IMG/VR virus record: IMGVR_UViG_2634166398_000003 | Location: 3,548 to 67,547 of that record | Origin: a virus | Lineage: Duplodnaviria > Caudoviricetes | Reading direction: 5' to 3' (one strand) | DNA: 64,000 bases | Part shown: positions 1-10,126 of the stretch, in pieces | Layout of the letters: each line of letters opens with the position of its first letter | How positions within the stretch are numbered: the first letter of the stretch is position 1 | The notes under the pieces: model-generated | What the model was told of the DNA's origin: nothing | The model's input: only the letters and a program-made list of their open reading frames with translations | Database searches by the model: none | Position numbers and translations under genes: made by a program

Positions 1-1132
1 CGACCTTATTACGCATAAATTTCCGCCGGCCCGAAGAAGTAGAATCATTGCTACTATAGGACGCATACTCCTGATACGCGTACGTGCTGTAGTTATGAAC
101 GAGCAGATAGCCGTTGTTATTTACTGGGGCGTTTAAAGACGTCGTTGCACCGCTCATGTAATAGAAGCCGGTATCCGTCACCGTATTAAAATCGACGTCA
201 GTCATGTACTTTGCTGCGCCGGTATCCTGCGTCAATTTAAACAACTGCGATCCGTTCCACTTGTCCTTCTCAACTTTTGATGTGTGACGTTCTCCGTTGT
301 TGTCGTGTTGGCGAAACGCATAATAGTCGGCCTGTCTGACATTTTCGACGTTACTAAGTCCGATCTGATCCTTCGTCACTGAGTGCGGGTTATCAGTCCG
401 ACCTGTGTGTTCGTCCGTGTACGCTTTGCTGTCCGTTAAGGCCTTGTCGGCTTTTTCCTGCGCACCATCCGGCGTTTCCTGCCTCACATTCGCAACGTTT
501 CCAAGACCGATTTGCGATTTCGTTACGCCATGCGGATTGTCTGTTCTTTTCGTATGAGTATCCGTATACGATTTCGCATTCTTTTCCGCAGCATCCGCTT
601 TTGCTTGCGCTCCCTCTTTCGTTTCAATATTTTCAAGGTCTTCGAATTTCTTGCGCAGCTCTTCGACTGTTTCGACCACTTCGTCGTATAAGTCGTTGAT
701 TTGTTGACGCAACGCTTCGAAGTCATCCACGTAGTATTCCGCCAACGGTACGATATCCGTATCAATCAGCGCCTTGTCGATGGTAAACGAAAACTTATGG
801 ATGGAAAGCGCCTGCTTATTCGCGTAATACAGATAAAGTTCCGCCTGCACATCGCCACTGTGTCGGATCTCTTCGGCTGACAGAACGTACTGCGCAACCC
901 CTTCGACTTTATCTGTGATCTCTACGCTTCTTATGAACCGGCTGCCGTCCGCCGTGAACATGACGAGCTTCCCGGTAACAGCAGACAACGGCAATGGGAC
1001 GCCATCCTTTGTTAACGAGAAGATCAAACGCGCCGTACCGATGTCTTGCGTGCTGAACTGTATTGCGGTTTTTATATTCGTTTTTGTCCGGCTCGTCACC
1101 TCAAACGCAAGTGGTGCGTTATTGTATATCAC
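1..1132 (-). CDS. BppU-family upper baseplate / receptor-binding protein, runs off the left edge (not in ORF track)
   Basis: Hand translation from GTG at 1132 after GGAGG: MIYNNAPLAFEVTSRTKTNIKTAIQFSTQDIGTARLIFSLTKDG...; open to position 1; two NPHxVTKxQIGLxNV repeats. Confidence 0.8.
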   Translation of the reverse strand, partial: MIYNNAPLAFEVTSRTKTNIKTAIQFSTQDIGTARLIFSLTKDGVPLPLSAVTGKLVMFTADGSRFIRSVEITDKVEGVAQYVLSAEEIRHSGDVQAELYLYYANKQALSIHKFSFTIDKALIDTDIVPLAEYYVDDFEALRQQINDLYDEVVETVEELRKKFEDLENIETKEGAQAKADAAEKNAKSYTDTHTKRTDNPHGVTKSQIGLGNVANVRQETPDGAQEKADKALTDSKAYTDEHTGRTDNPHSVTKDQIGLSNVENVRQADYYAFRQHDNNGERHTSKVEKDKWNGSQLFKLTQDTGAAKYMTDVDFNTVTDTGFYYMSGATTSLNAPVNNNGYLLVHNYSTYAYQEYASYSSNDSTSSGRRKFMRNKV

Positions 1133-1144
1133 TGCAAAACCTCC

Positions 1145-3709
1145 TTAGTGCTGCGGCGTAACAATCATTTGAGCTACACCGTATCCTTTTTCCGCATCAT
1201 ACGGAGACTTGATTCTCATAACAGTTCCATAGCCTCCGCTTTCTGCCTTGGTTGCGATGCCTTCGATTGCTGAAACGCTATCCCCTACGGCAACTGTTTC
1301 GTCAATTCTGACAAAGACTTGACCGATCAGGCCGATGACATGCCATTCGTCACGAGAGTCACGCGGCACATATTCGAGAGTCGGATCATAGTCGGGGTTT
1401 AATTTTGGTACGCTTAACTCTTCGCCACCATCGATAACCGTTTCGTAAACCAAGCCGCCGAATTCGTTTCTTTCGAACTGATCGTTCCAATAGAACGCCG
1501 CGCCTCCGAGCACCAAGCCGGCCGTTTCCGAAACAACTCCGAGTATCTTATCTCCTTCGCCTGCTTTTCGTATCTTATCGCCTTCTAGCGCGACGAGATA
1601 GCTTGAATCGATTTTCTGACCGTCAGCAGATTCGAAATACTCCGCGAAGTCTTTGAAATCTGAGACGCTTTCTACCCGCCCTGTGCCGCGAATATGACCG
1701 CCAGTTGAATCGAGTTCCCATTTCGTATTTCCGGTCGAGGCGCTTCCGCTTCCGTAGCCCCCTCTGACGCTGTATCCGTTATCGTTGATAACTCCGTTGG
1801 CAGCGAGTACGACCCTCGACGGACCGTCACCTTTTGTATGTGAATTGTTTGACGCTATGACCGCTTGACGCGAAGCTGTTGTGGATGAGCCGCCACTGGC
1901 GCCTAAAACGACGTTTCTAGGCCCTTTCGTTGTACATCCGCCCGTGGTCGCAATGACTGCGCTTGTTTTGTCTAAAACGTGACCTGATGTAGAAGCAGAA
2001 CGGAACCCGCCTTTCACGTTGTTAGGGACGACCGAATGTTTCTGACCCCCGAGTACTGCCGCACTTTCGTAACCATACGCCCGGACCATTAAGATATTTG
2101 TTTGCGTATTCGGCGATGTGATGCCGGCCGTACCGCTAGATACGTGAAGAATCCCATTTTCCAAGTTTACGTTATAGACACCGCCCCCGATCCCGATACC
2201 ATTTTGCGCTGAATCATGGATAACGAAATCAGAAATGAGGACGTCATCTGTGCGCTGATCGCCTCCGGTAATGTTGACATCATAGCCGGCCTTTTTAAAA
2301 CCGGAAATTTGCAGACCAGTTACAGTTATCTTCCGGCTCTTATATTGAAAGGCTATCATCGACTTTCCTTTGTAGTCATACGTCGGATCACCGATTGCAG
2401 TAAAACCGATTATCTTAACACGTTGGTACGCCGAGACGACTAAAGCTTTCGGTTCCAGTCCGTCATACAGCGAATTGAATATCGGCTCTCGCGCAGTACA
2501 GTCGATCAGCGTTACGTCCCTCGCCGTCTCGCTCCACGGATCAGTCGCTAAGTGGTGTCCTATATGCCGCAAGTCGAATGAGCGCACATCCCGGAAAGAT
2601 TCGTGTCCGCGAATATGGACGTTACAAGGCGCCGGCCATTCTGTATGAGCCTTCACCTCTACGCCTCGGATGTTTCCTTCAGTGTAGTTATCAAGAAGCC
2701 ATACGTGTTTAGATCCGTCATCGACTTCGATACCGTTCGAATTGGCGGCACCCTTACGGTGGGCTGTGCCGCGCGGATTTGTCATTACGTTATTGGTGAT
2801 GAAGATATATTCGCTGTAGTGCGTAGTGATCCCGTCATCACCGTAACCATAGCCGACGCAGCGATCGATCCAGACGTACTTACTTCCTGTTGCGGTGTAA
2901 TCCTTCGCTGTAATATCGTAGGTAGGGGCCGATATGTCGAAACAGTGGAGCCCCGGATTAATGCCTTCGACCTCCCGGACGATACCGAACTTCACTTGCG
3001 CGAAAGTTAAACAGCTCGAATGGATTCCGCCAGTTGAACTAACGCCGCCTTGACGATCCGGATTCCAGTCGAGTGACATTCCTTGGACTACGATATTCCG
3101 GTTGCCGGACGCCGGGTCCGCGTTAATGATGACCCATTCGCTCGCCGGCGTATCTTCGTGTAGCTTCAACGTAGTAACGCCCATACCTTGACCGATCAAA
3201 TACGTCCATGACGGCAACTTGATGCCTTTAACGATATACGTGCCTGCCGATAGATTTAGCCGCACCTTACCGTTCCCTATCGCCTTTTTAAACGCTTCTG
3301 TACTATCGTTAACGCCTGTCGGATCGGCTCCGTAATCATCAACGTTTACATCGCGCTCAATTTTGCGTAAAAGCTTGTTATACTCTTTGTCGAGCCGCTC
3401 TTTCAATAGAGGCGCGATGTTTCCTTCCGCGTCTACACGAGCGTCAACGACCTCTTTTACGTTTGTACCGTCCGCGTTAAGGATCAGATTTCTGATACGG
3501 TTATACAGGCCGTCGATATATGTGCGCAAAGAAAAACCGCCATGGTCGATTTGCTCCGACGTGTGGGCGGTTTTCGCGTTCTTATGTGCGGCCAGATCCG
3601 TATACGATCCTTTAATATCGTCCGCAATATCATCGAGGTTTTGGTTGTGATCGTTACGAAAAACACGGTCCCACGCCGCCCCGGCCTTTCTGTACGGAAA
3701 TTTCGGCAT
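1145..3709 (-). CDS. Tail spike / pre-neck-appendage-like protein: pectate-lyase-like beta-helix plus C-terminal peptidase G2 autocleavage chaperone
   Basis: VNVDDYGADPTGVNDST beta-helix start, DFAEYFES and GLIGQVFVR motifs as in phi29 gp12-like proteins. Confidence 0.85.
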   Translation of the reverse strand: MPKFPYRKAGAAWDRVFRNDHNQNLDDIADDIKGSYTDLAAHKNAKTAHTSEQIDHGGFSLRTYIDGLYNRIRNLILNADGTNVKEVVDARVDAEGNIAPLLKERLDKEYNKLLRKIERDVNVDDYGADPTGVNDSTEAFKKAIGNGKVRLNLSAGTYIVKGIKLPSWTYLIGQGMGVTTLKLHEDTPASEWVIINADPASGNRNIVVQGMSLDWNPDRQGGVSSTGGIHSSCLTFAQVKFGIVREVEGINPGLHCFDISAPTYDITAKDYTATGSKYVWIDRCVGYGYGDDGITTHYSEYIFITNNVMTNPRGTAHRKGAANSNGIEVDDGSKHVWLLDNYTEGNIRGVEVKAHTEWPAPCNVHIRGHESFRDVRSFDLRHIGHHLATDPWSETARDVTLIDCTAREPIFNSLYDGLEPKALVVSAYQRVKIIGFTAIGDPTYDYKGKSMIAFQYKSRKITVTGLQISGFKKAGYDVNITGGDQRTDDVLISDFVIHDSAQNGIGIGGGVYNVNLENGILHVSSGTAGITSPNTQTNILMVRAYGYESAAVLGGQKHSVVPNNVKGGFRSASTSGHVLDKTSAVIATTGGCTTKGPRNVVLGASGGSSTTASRQAVIASNNSHTKGDGPSRVVLAANGVINDNGYSVRGGYGSGSASTGNTKWELDSTGGHIRGTGRVESVSDFKDFAEYFESADGQKIDSSYLVALEGDKIRKAGEGDKILGVVSETAGLVLGGAAFYWNDQFERNEFGGLVYETVIDGGEELSVPKLNPDYDPTLEYVPRDSRDEWHVIGLIGQVFVRIDETVAVGDSVSAIEGIATKAESGGYGTVMRIKSPYDAEKGYGVAQMIVTPQH

Positions 3710-3723
3710 TGTATTCCTCCTCG

Positions 3724-5124
3724 TTATTTATTCTCTAGCGCGGTCAGGCGCTTGTTTATAGATTCGAGCTGTTGCGAAAGTGTCGATATATCCACCGTAG
3801 CCGTACCGACCTTGATGCGTTGCAGCTTTGCGAAGTCAGATGCGCTCATTAAGCCGTCAGTCGTTTCGGTAGCCAGCGAGACATAAACTTGGCCGTCGGG
3901 CCCCAATACGATACTCGCCAGCTTCACATAGTCCGATGAGCTCATAAGACCGTCCGTTGTTGCGTTTGCCCGGCCGTACGTAGGAATCGTCAGCTTTGTC
4001 GGATCGTACCCGTCTTCGTAAATCGCGTCTTTTCCGATGGTTATGTTTCCGCTTATGGCGCTGCCTTTCACTTTCCCAGTTGACGTATCGATAAGCTTGG
4101 AGAGCGTGCTCTGCGTACGACCTAGTTTTGCGACAGTTTTACTGATATTCGGCCGCAATTTTCCGAAAGTAAAAACAGACGGTTTATTCGGATTGGAATA
4201 AGATTCGACACTGACAACGCGTAGCTTGGTGCGTAAGTCAAACGGCTCTAATACGCACCACACGTAATCACCTTTTCGGATGTCCTGCATTTTCAAAGCT
4301 TCGACTTCCACATATGTCAAACTGATAGATATCTCAATCTTATCGGTCAGTTCTTTTTCTAGCCGCTGTTCAAGTTTACCCTCGTCCTTTGCCGTGTAAG
4401 AGTCGTCGAATATTGGATTTGCGTGTTTAATTCCGTAGATTGCAGCCAAAGGGCTTTTGTATTCAGCTTCGACCGCATATTTCCCTGTCTTGTCGTCTTT
4501 CTTTCCGAAGCCCTTGATAAACGTTTTTATAGAAGAGGTGTCGATTTCCTGTGTCGGATCTTTTACATTTACTCGATCGCGAATAACATAGTCTGTATCT
4601 CTCGCTATCTCCTTCGCGAAGTACACTTTCTTTCCAATACATTCATATTCCGCCGAGTATTTTTCTTTAATATCGTTTAACAGTCCGAGCGAGTATCCAT
4701 TCCCGAAATCCTCTACTTCAAATGAATCACCAAGACCATCCGGTACAACTTCGTAAGAATACCCGGAGCCTTTTAATGCGATATCCAGCATATCTTCGAG
4801 GTAAAGTTTTTTCTTTTTCCCCGAAGTCTCGTACACGTAATTCTCTCCGAGGTCTGAAAATGATCGGTGCAGGGCCGTAATGTCGACCTTTAGTCTCTTG
4901 CCTCCGATCGGTACATAGCGCGTCTTTCGGATGACAAATTCCTCGTCTTCATAAAAAAGAGAGCCTTCATTCTGAATCAGCGGAAAGGAGTGCGCGTTCC
5001 GATCGGTCTGTATAACTGATACATCTAAAGACCTGCCGTTATCGATTTCATCTTTCTTTGTCACGTTAAAGTCCGTTAAGGCTTCGACCTGATTAGCAAG
5101 GTTTTTTACAATCAAACTAGGCAT
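3724..5124 (-). CDS. Tail tip / baseplate hub (Tal, prophage tail endopeptidase-like)
   Basis: Position after Dit; TFIKGFGK and YKSPLAAIYG motifs; two C-terminal TTDGLMSxxDxxKL repeats. Confidence 0.75.
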   Translation of the reverse strand: MPSLIVKNLANQVEALTDFNVTKKDEIDNGRSLDVSVIQTDRNAHSFPLIQNEGSLFYEDEEFVIRKTRYVPIGGKRLKVDITALHRSFSDLGENYVYETSGKKKKLYLEDMLDIALKGSGYSYEVVPDGLGDSFEVEDFGNGYSLGLLNDIKEKYSAEYECIGKKVYFAKEIARDTDYVIRDRVNVKDPTQEIDTSSIKTFIKGFGKKDDKTGKYAVEAEYKSPLAAIYGIKHANPIFDDSYTAKDEGKLEQRLEKELTDKIEISISLTYVEVEALKMQDIRKGDYVWCVLEPFDLRTKLRVVSVESYSNPNKPSVFTFGKLRPNISKTVAKLGRTQSTLSKLIDTSTGKVKGSAISGNITIGKDAIYEDGYDPTKLTIPTYGRANATTDGLMSSSDYVKLASIVLGPDGQVYVSLATETTDGLMSASDFAKLQRIKVGTATVDISTLSQQLESINKRLTALENK

Positions 5125-5135
5125 GACGCACCTCC

Positions 5136-6560
5136 CTACGCGTAATAGTGGAATCTGAAATCAAAGGTGATCTCAAAATCCCCGCTCGTTCCGCTTAACT
5201 CAAAATCATTCCATCCGGGCTCAAGCGTAATGAGTCCGAAATTTGTCTGACCGAAGATGCTAACGTTACCCTTTTTCACAGTAACACCGGAAATTTGAAT
5301 CGCTTCCTTCGTAGTGGAATTGCCGGAAAACGTCCACAGATCGCCTGTTGTTCTATTTTTGATCGACAATTTATTTGACTCGCCTTTATACGTGATTTTT
5401 AAAGGCATGTATCTCGGATCTAGCCGGACGGCTCCCGCGTTGAAAATACGAAAAGTCTTCGTCTTGTGTTTGTACGAAGGGATATCGTCCGTCAGTCCTT
5501 CGCCTATCTGCCATTTGTTCGCATCAAACGTAAACGCATCCAGTGTGGTGCCGACTGATTCGCAATAAGTCGAGGCGCTTTGGAAAGTCAGCGTAAAGTC
5601 GCCAAAGCTACCGATTCTGTCAGGCGTGAATGATGCGCTTAGCTCGACCCGCCACCGTTTTTTCGGCGTCGCTTCCGAAACTAAAAAGAACTCCTCCTCG
5701 CGATGAAGCGCGTGAAAGAGTTCCGCTTGTAATAAATGAAAATCAACGTCATCCGCTCCGAGCAAGAGACATTCGGCAGTCAGCGTTCGGGCTCCGAAGT
5801 TTTTCCCCACTCGAACTAATCCGTCCCTTCCCGGAATCGTTTCGTAATCGATATCGGGAGTGGGCGAAGCAATTTTGAAACTTCGCACAAGAACTGATAA
5901 ATCGCGAGCCATGTCAATTATGCGGCCATCCTTGTAAAGTATCCGGAAGTTGCTATCCGTAATAGGGACACCGGATGGAGGCGTTGTATAAACGCTTGAA
6001 AAAACGTCGATAGATACCTCCGGCTCTTCAACGACAACCGGAGCCGGGTTGTTTGTGCCCGGCGTAGTAGGAGTGGACGGATTCGACGGAGACGGGGCGG
6101 TGTCGTACTTCGTCAGGTTGTACGTTTCAATAATTCTGTTAAGCTTTGATGCGTAAGACGGGTCCGTTGCATAACCGGCGTCTACCAGCGCAGCAGTCGC
6201 TTTCTTGTAGTTTTTCTCGCCTACGACCGCCTTATAGTGATTCGGGTCCCAACTGACGCCGTTTACGTAAAGCTTCGCAAGGTCTTGCATCGACTCATAC
6301 CACGTCGGGTACTTCCGGAACTTGGCGTCCACTTGAACGTTTCTTCCGTTGATTACTTCCCACGTTTTCATGATGACGTATTTTCCGTTATATTCGCCCT
6401 TCACTCCGAAAAGGTTCTTTCCATTAACGGCAAGACCACTGGTTCCGTACGCACTTTCGAGACATCCCTGCGCGATTACAAGGCTGGCGAGAATTTTATA
6501 ATTTACGAATATCTTCTGTGCATCCGGGGCGATTTTCTTTATGAAGTCCGTATTTCCCAT
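5136..6560 (-). CDS. Distal tail protein (Dit) with N-terminal GH73 glucosaminidase domain
   Basis: AQGCLESAYG, NLFGVKG and GYATDPSY GH73 motifs; Pro/Thr linker; then YETIPGRDG...LEPGWNDF Dit motifs. Confidence 0.85.
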   Translation of the reverse strand: MGNTDFIKKIAPDAQKIFVNYKILASLVIAQGCLESAYGTSGLAVNGKNLFGVKGEYNGKYVIMKTWEVINGRNVQVDAKFRKYPTWYESMQDLAKLYVNGVSWDPNHYKAVVGEKNYKKATAALVDAGYATDPSYASKLNRIIETYNLTKYDTAPSPSNPSTPTTPGTNNPAPVVVEEPEVSIDVFSSVYTTPPSGVPITDSNFRILYKDGRIIDMARDLSVLVRSFKIASPTPDIDYETIPGRDGLVRVGKNFGARTLTAECLLLGADDVDFHLLQAELFHALHREEEFFLVSEATPKKRWRVELSASFTPDRIGSFGDFTLTFQSASTYCESVGTTLDAFTFDANKWQIGEGLTDDIPSYKHKTKTFRIFNAGAVRLDPRYMPLKITYKGESNKLSIKNRTTGDLWTFSGNSTTKEAIQISGVTVKKGNVSIFGQTNFGLITLEPGWNDFELSGTSGDFEITFDFRFHYYA

Positions 6561-6566
6561 TCGAAA

Positions 6567-9365
6567 TCACCTCCCGCTCTTTAGACTTTCTATATCGAGG
6601 CCGTCTTGTTGGATCGCGCTGATATGCGGCTCAATTACATGGCCGAGTTCGTATCCATCTACGATTATGGAAGCGCCGCCTTTCGTCTTAATCGCCTGCT
6701 CAATCGAACTAAGCGCTCGAAGCATATCCGACGATAAGCCGGAATCTCCTCCAAGGCCCGTCGTGTGGCCTGCGTCAATCATTCGCATAAGATTCGCCTG
6801 TTGTGCTTCGGTAAGCACCATTTCGTTACGCAGGGCCCGGATATCGACTTCGTGGCTCATCGGATTAGCAAATTGAGACGCTAGGCCGCCGATGTGAAGT
6901 TTATTGATCTGTCCGAGGCCGATGACGCCGCCAGTGTGGTAAGTACCTTCGTTCCCTTTTCCCCGACTTACGGCACGCTCCGTCTTCATAGAAACATCCG
7001 AAGTAATTGTCGTGATTCGTTTCGTGATGTCCTTACTTAGAGTAGCGTTCATCCTTTGGGCTTCCGACGTAATATCCGCGACCCGCCCTCTTGCTGTACG
7101 AAGGTTTGCTATCTCGTCATCAATTGCTTTAACAGACTTTCGATATTCATCCGTTTTACGATCGGCTGCTGTCGTGTTATTTTTCAGATTCGCCTTCGCA
7201 TCTTGTAAACGCCCAATCTCCTTATCGATCACTCGCACGCCTTCGCCCTTTTTGGCGTTTAATCCGACTTGACGGAGCTCAAGGTCGATCATCTTCTGAT
7301 TAACGACATCTAGCTGATTGATGTTCTCACGGGTCTTTTGGAGCTCTTGATTCTTAGAGCTCAGGTTTTCCATATTTGTAGAAAACTGCTCGCGCAATCT
7401 CTGTAACTTTGTCTGCTCTAAGTTGAGCTCATTTTCAGCTATTGCCACCCGTGCTGTATCTTTAGCCTCTTTAGCTGCCGCCAATTCGCTCTCTTTAGCT
7501 GCCACAACTTGTAATTGATCAGATACCTGCTGCTCTAAATCGGATCGCTCTCTCGTCAACGCATTAACTTTTTCTTTTAATCGCGCTTCTTCGGCTATAT
7601 ATTTAGACATATTGGCCTCAGCTTTAGCCCGTTGGGTTTCCAGTTCCAGCCGGAGTTCCTCGGCTTTTTCTTTGTTAAGACGCTTTAATGCGTCTGTGTT
7701 CTTTGCTGCGGCATTGCCTTGCTCGCTGATTGCGGCCGCAGTGTCCGGAGCTTTTGCGATAACCTTATCGTTTAAATCTAAGTAGCGATTAAATTCTTCA
7801 TTTGTAAGACCTGATTTTTTTCGCAGCTCTTCCTGTTCTTCCTTCATCCGTTTAATGGAATTGGCGTCCGTCTCCGTTTTAATTCGATCATTCAAATCGA
7901 GATAGTAAACGAATTCATCGGCAGTCAGCTTCGTTTTATTTTGAAGTTTATCGAACTCTTTCGTTAAGCTGTTGATAGAATCTATTTCCTTCTGCTTCGA
8001 CTCGGCCGCCTCTAAACTAACGGTGTTCATCTGATCGTATCCCGCTTTCACCCCGACGAGTGCTCCCGCTAATAAAGAGAGCCCGGTGATCACCCATCCG
8101 GCCGGACCCATCGCAACGAACAAACCGCGCACTGCGATTCCGAGTTTCATCATGGAAGACGCAACTAGCGCCACCGCTGCCGCCGCACCCGCCATTTCGA
8201 GGCCTGTCGTAATGATTCCCGGATTCAGCTCACTAAGGAACTCGACCACCTTCGTACCGGTATCGACAATTTTTCGGAAAGTAGGTAAAAACTCGTTACC
8301 GATCGCAATTCCGAGGCCGTCGAGCGCAGACGTAAACTGTTCGAATGACCCTTTGAGGTTATCCATCTGCGTTTTCGCTACTTTGTCCGCTGTCCCGCCG
8401 GCTTCCTTCAGCGTCTTCGAATAATTGCGCAGTCCCTTTTCTCCGACGCCCAAAAGCGTAACGAACCCGGAAGCCGCTTCAACTCCGACGAGCTGTGCCG
8501 CCGCTGCCGTTTTCTGCGCCGACGTCATCCCTTCGAACTTCTTCGAAATATGGCCGACGAGCTCCGGTATCGGCTTTAGATTTCCGTGTGCGTCCTTTAC
8601 TTCGATTCCGTACTTTTTCATCGCCTTGGCCGACTGACCGACCGGATTCGTAAGGTGTAAGAGTGACGCACGAAGCGCCGTACCCGCCATCGATCCCTGA
8701 ATACCGGCATCTGACATTTTCGCAACGGCTGTCGCAGTATCTTCGATGGAGTATCCGAGAGAGTGCGCAACAGGGGCGACGAATTTCATTGCATCGCCTA
8801 ATTGCGGCAGATCCGTGTTGGCCGTCGTCATCGCTTTTACGAGTACGTCAACGGCATGCCCGGAGTCTTCAGCTTTAATGCCGAAGCCGGTCATGATGTT
8901 CGAAACGATATCCGCTGAACGTCCGAGTCCTTCGCCTGAAGCAGCCGCCAAGTTAAGCACGGCCGGTAACGATCCGACTTGCGCTTTTACGCTGAAGCCC
9001 GCCATCGCGAGGTATTGAAGACCCTCGGCCGCCTCGACCGCGGTATATTTTGTTTCGGCACCCATCTTAGCCGCGATGTTCTTCAGATCTTCGAAGTCCT
9101 GACCGGTTGCACCGCTGATCGCTTTAACTCGCGACATGGCCTCCTCGAAGTCAGCCGCTTTCTTAACGGAAACACCGATGCCGGCTACGACTGCGCCACC
9201 AACCGCAAGCGAAGCCTTTTGGATGAGGCCCATTTGCTTCGAGAGATTCGCGGATGAACGGCCCATTTGATCCATATCGCTTCGAGCTTGCTGAGATCGA
9301 CGGGACCAGTCCGCCATGTCTAATACGAGACGCGCCCGGATTTCTCCGACTGTTGTTCCGGCCAT
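6567..9365 (-). CDS. Tape measure protein
   Basis: 932 aa Ala/Gly-rich helical protein with TP901-type core (AADFEEAMSRVKA...DAGIQGSMAGTALR), hydrophobic segment and coiled coil. Confidence 0.92.
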   Translation of the reverse strand: MAGTTVGEIRARLVLDMADWSRRSQQARSDMDQMGRSSANLSKQMGLIQKASLAVGGAVVAGIGVSVKKAADFEEAMSRVKAISGATGQDFEDLKNIAAKMGAETKYTAVEAAEGLQYLAMAGFSVKAQVGSLPAVLNLAAASGEGLGRSADIVSNIMTGFGIKAEDSGHAVDVLVKAMTTANTDLPQLGDAMKFVAPVAHSLGYSIEDTATAVAKMSDAGIQGSMAGTALRASLLHLTNPVGQSAKAMKKYGIEVKDAHGNLKPIPELVGHISKKFEGMTSAQKTAAAAQLVGVEAASGFVTLLGVGEKGLRNYSKTLKEAGGTADKVAKTQMDNLKGSFEQFTSALDGLGIAIGNEFLPTFRKIVDTGTKVVEFLSELNPGIITTGLEMAGAAAAVALVASSMMKLGIAVRGLFVAMGPAGWVITGLSLLAGALVGVKAGYDQMNTVSLEAAESKQKEIDSINSLTKEFDKLQNKTKLTADEFVYYLDLNDRIKTETDANSIKRMKEEQEELRKKSGLTNEEFNRYLDLNDKVIAKAPDTAAAISEQGNAAAKNTDALKRLNKEKAEELRLELETQRAKAEANMSKYIAEEARLKEKVNALTRERSDLEQQVSDQLQVVAAKESELAAAKEAKDTARVAIAENELNLEQTKLQRLREQFSTNMENLSSKNQELQKTRENINQLDVVNQKMIDLELRQVGLNAKKGEGVRVIDKEIGRLQDAKANLKNNTTAADRKTDEYRKSVKAIDDEIANLRTARGRVADITSEAQRMNATLSKDITKRITTITSDVSMKTERAVSRGKGNEGTYHTGGVIGLGQINKLHIGGLASQFANPMSHEVDIRALRNEMVLTEAQQANLMRMIDAGHTTGLGGDSGLSSDMLRALSSIEQAIKTKGGASIIVDGYELGHVIEPHISAIQQDGLDIESLKSGR

Positions 9366-9737
9366 CTATTTACCTCCTTTCCGAAAATTCCCCTGTAAAG
9401 CCCGTAGTTGTTCGAATTTCTCACGGTCGAATTTCACTTCCGGACGAAGACCAGCCGCCCGAATCAACGTATTCATGAGCTGTTTATACTCGTCGTCCTC
9501 ACTTGCCCGGCTATTCGTCGCGAGAAGTACGCGAATGTCTTCTATCCGCCTTACCGCGCCTTGCTTCGTCTTGGCACGCACAAATTTCGGTATGTCCACC
9601 ATATAAAACTCGTTTTCTATTTGATGCTGCGTGACACCTAAACTGATCGCCGCTTCGATCAGATAATCGTCAATCGTATACGGATCGCCCTCTTCGTCTA
9701 CTTTTCGAGTTTCGGAAGAAGGCTCTTCACGTTTTTT
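9366..9737 (-). CDS. Tail assembly chaperone, -1 frameshift extension (GT-like)
   Basis: The -1 frame is open from slippery site A AAA AAC (9737-9731) through REEPSSETRKVDEEGDPYTIDDYLIEAA...MVDIPK to the stop at 9366. Confidence 0.8.
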   Translation of the reverse strand, partial: KKREEPSSETRKVDEEGDPYTIDDYLIEAAISLGVTQHQIENEFYMVDIPKFVRAKTKQGAVRRIEDIRVLLATNSRASEDDEYKQLMNTLIRAAGLRPEVKFDREKFEQLRALQGNFRKGGK

Positions 9738-10069
9738 GCTTGCGAATCGAGACGGTTATTTTTAACAGTGAGCGTGATGTACTCGATAATTTCGTCCGTT
9801 CCGACTTCTTCACGGATGTACTCGGCATCTACGCCGCTCAATAATGCCGTAATTTCGACGATCTCATCCATACCGACTTCAATCGCGCTTACTAAATACG
9901 AGTAGAAATCAGTTTTAGGCGCGCTAAAGACTTCCAGAACTAGAAACGGAATTTTATCGAGTGCTGCGAAAAGTTGTTTCCACTTGGCCGGAGTGAGCTT
10001 CGCAACCTCGACCGGATACTTACCGAGCTGGATCGAATCAGTCTCCTGTTTCTTTTTGAAAATGTTCAT
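9698..10069 (-). CDS. Tail assembly chaperone (G-like)
   Basis: Lies between major tail and tape measure genes; contains the slippery heptamer near its 3' end. Confidence 0.8.
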   Translation of the reverse strand: MNIFKKKQETDSIQLGKYPVEVAKLTPAKWKQLFAALDKIPFLVLEVFSAPKTDFYSYLVSAIEVGMDEIVEITALLSGVDAEYIREEVGTDEIIEYITLTVKNNRLDSQAKNVKSLLPKLEK

Positions 10070-10090
10070 GCGACTCTCCTTTCGTTAATT

Positions 10091-10119
10091 AAAAAGACAC
10101 CGCCTCTCGACGATGCCTT
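10091..10119 (-). terminator. Intrinsic terminator after major tail gene
   Basis: GGCATCG-loop-CGGTGTC hairpin followed by T5. Confidence 0.55.
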
Positions 10120-10126
10120 TCGTTCG

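Noticed and set aside
1-5124. Tail-fibre shufflon or DGR driven by the small recombinase
   Set aside because: No inverted cassettes, template/variable repeat pair or reverse transcriptase seen; the repeats are ordinary protein repeats
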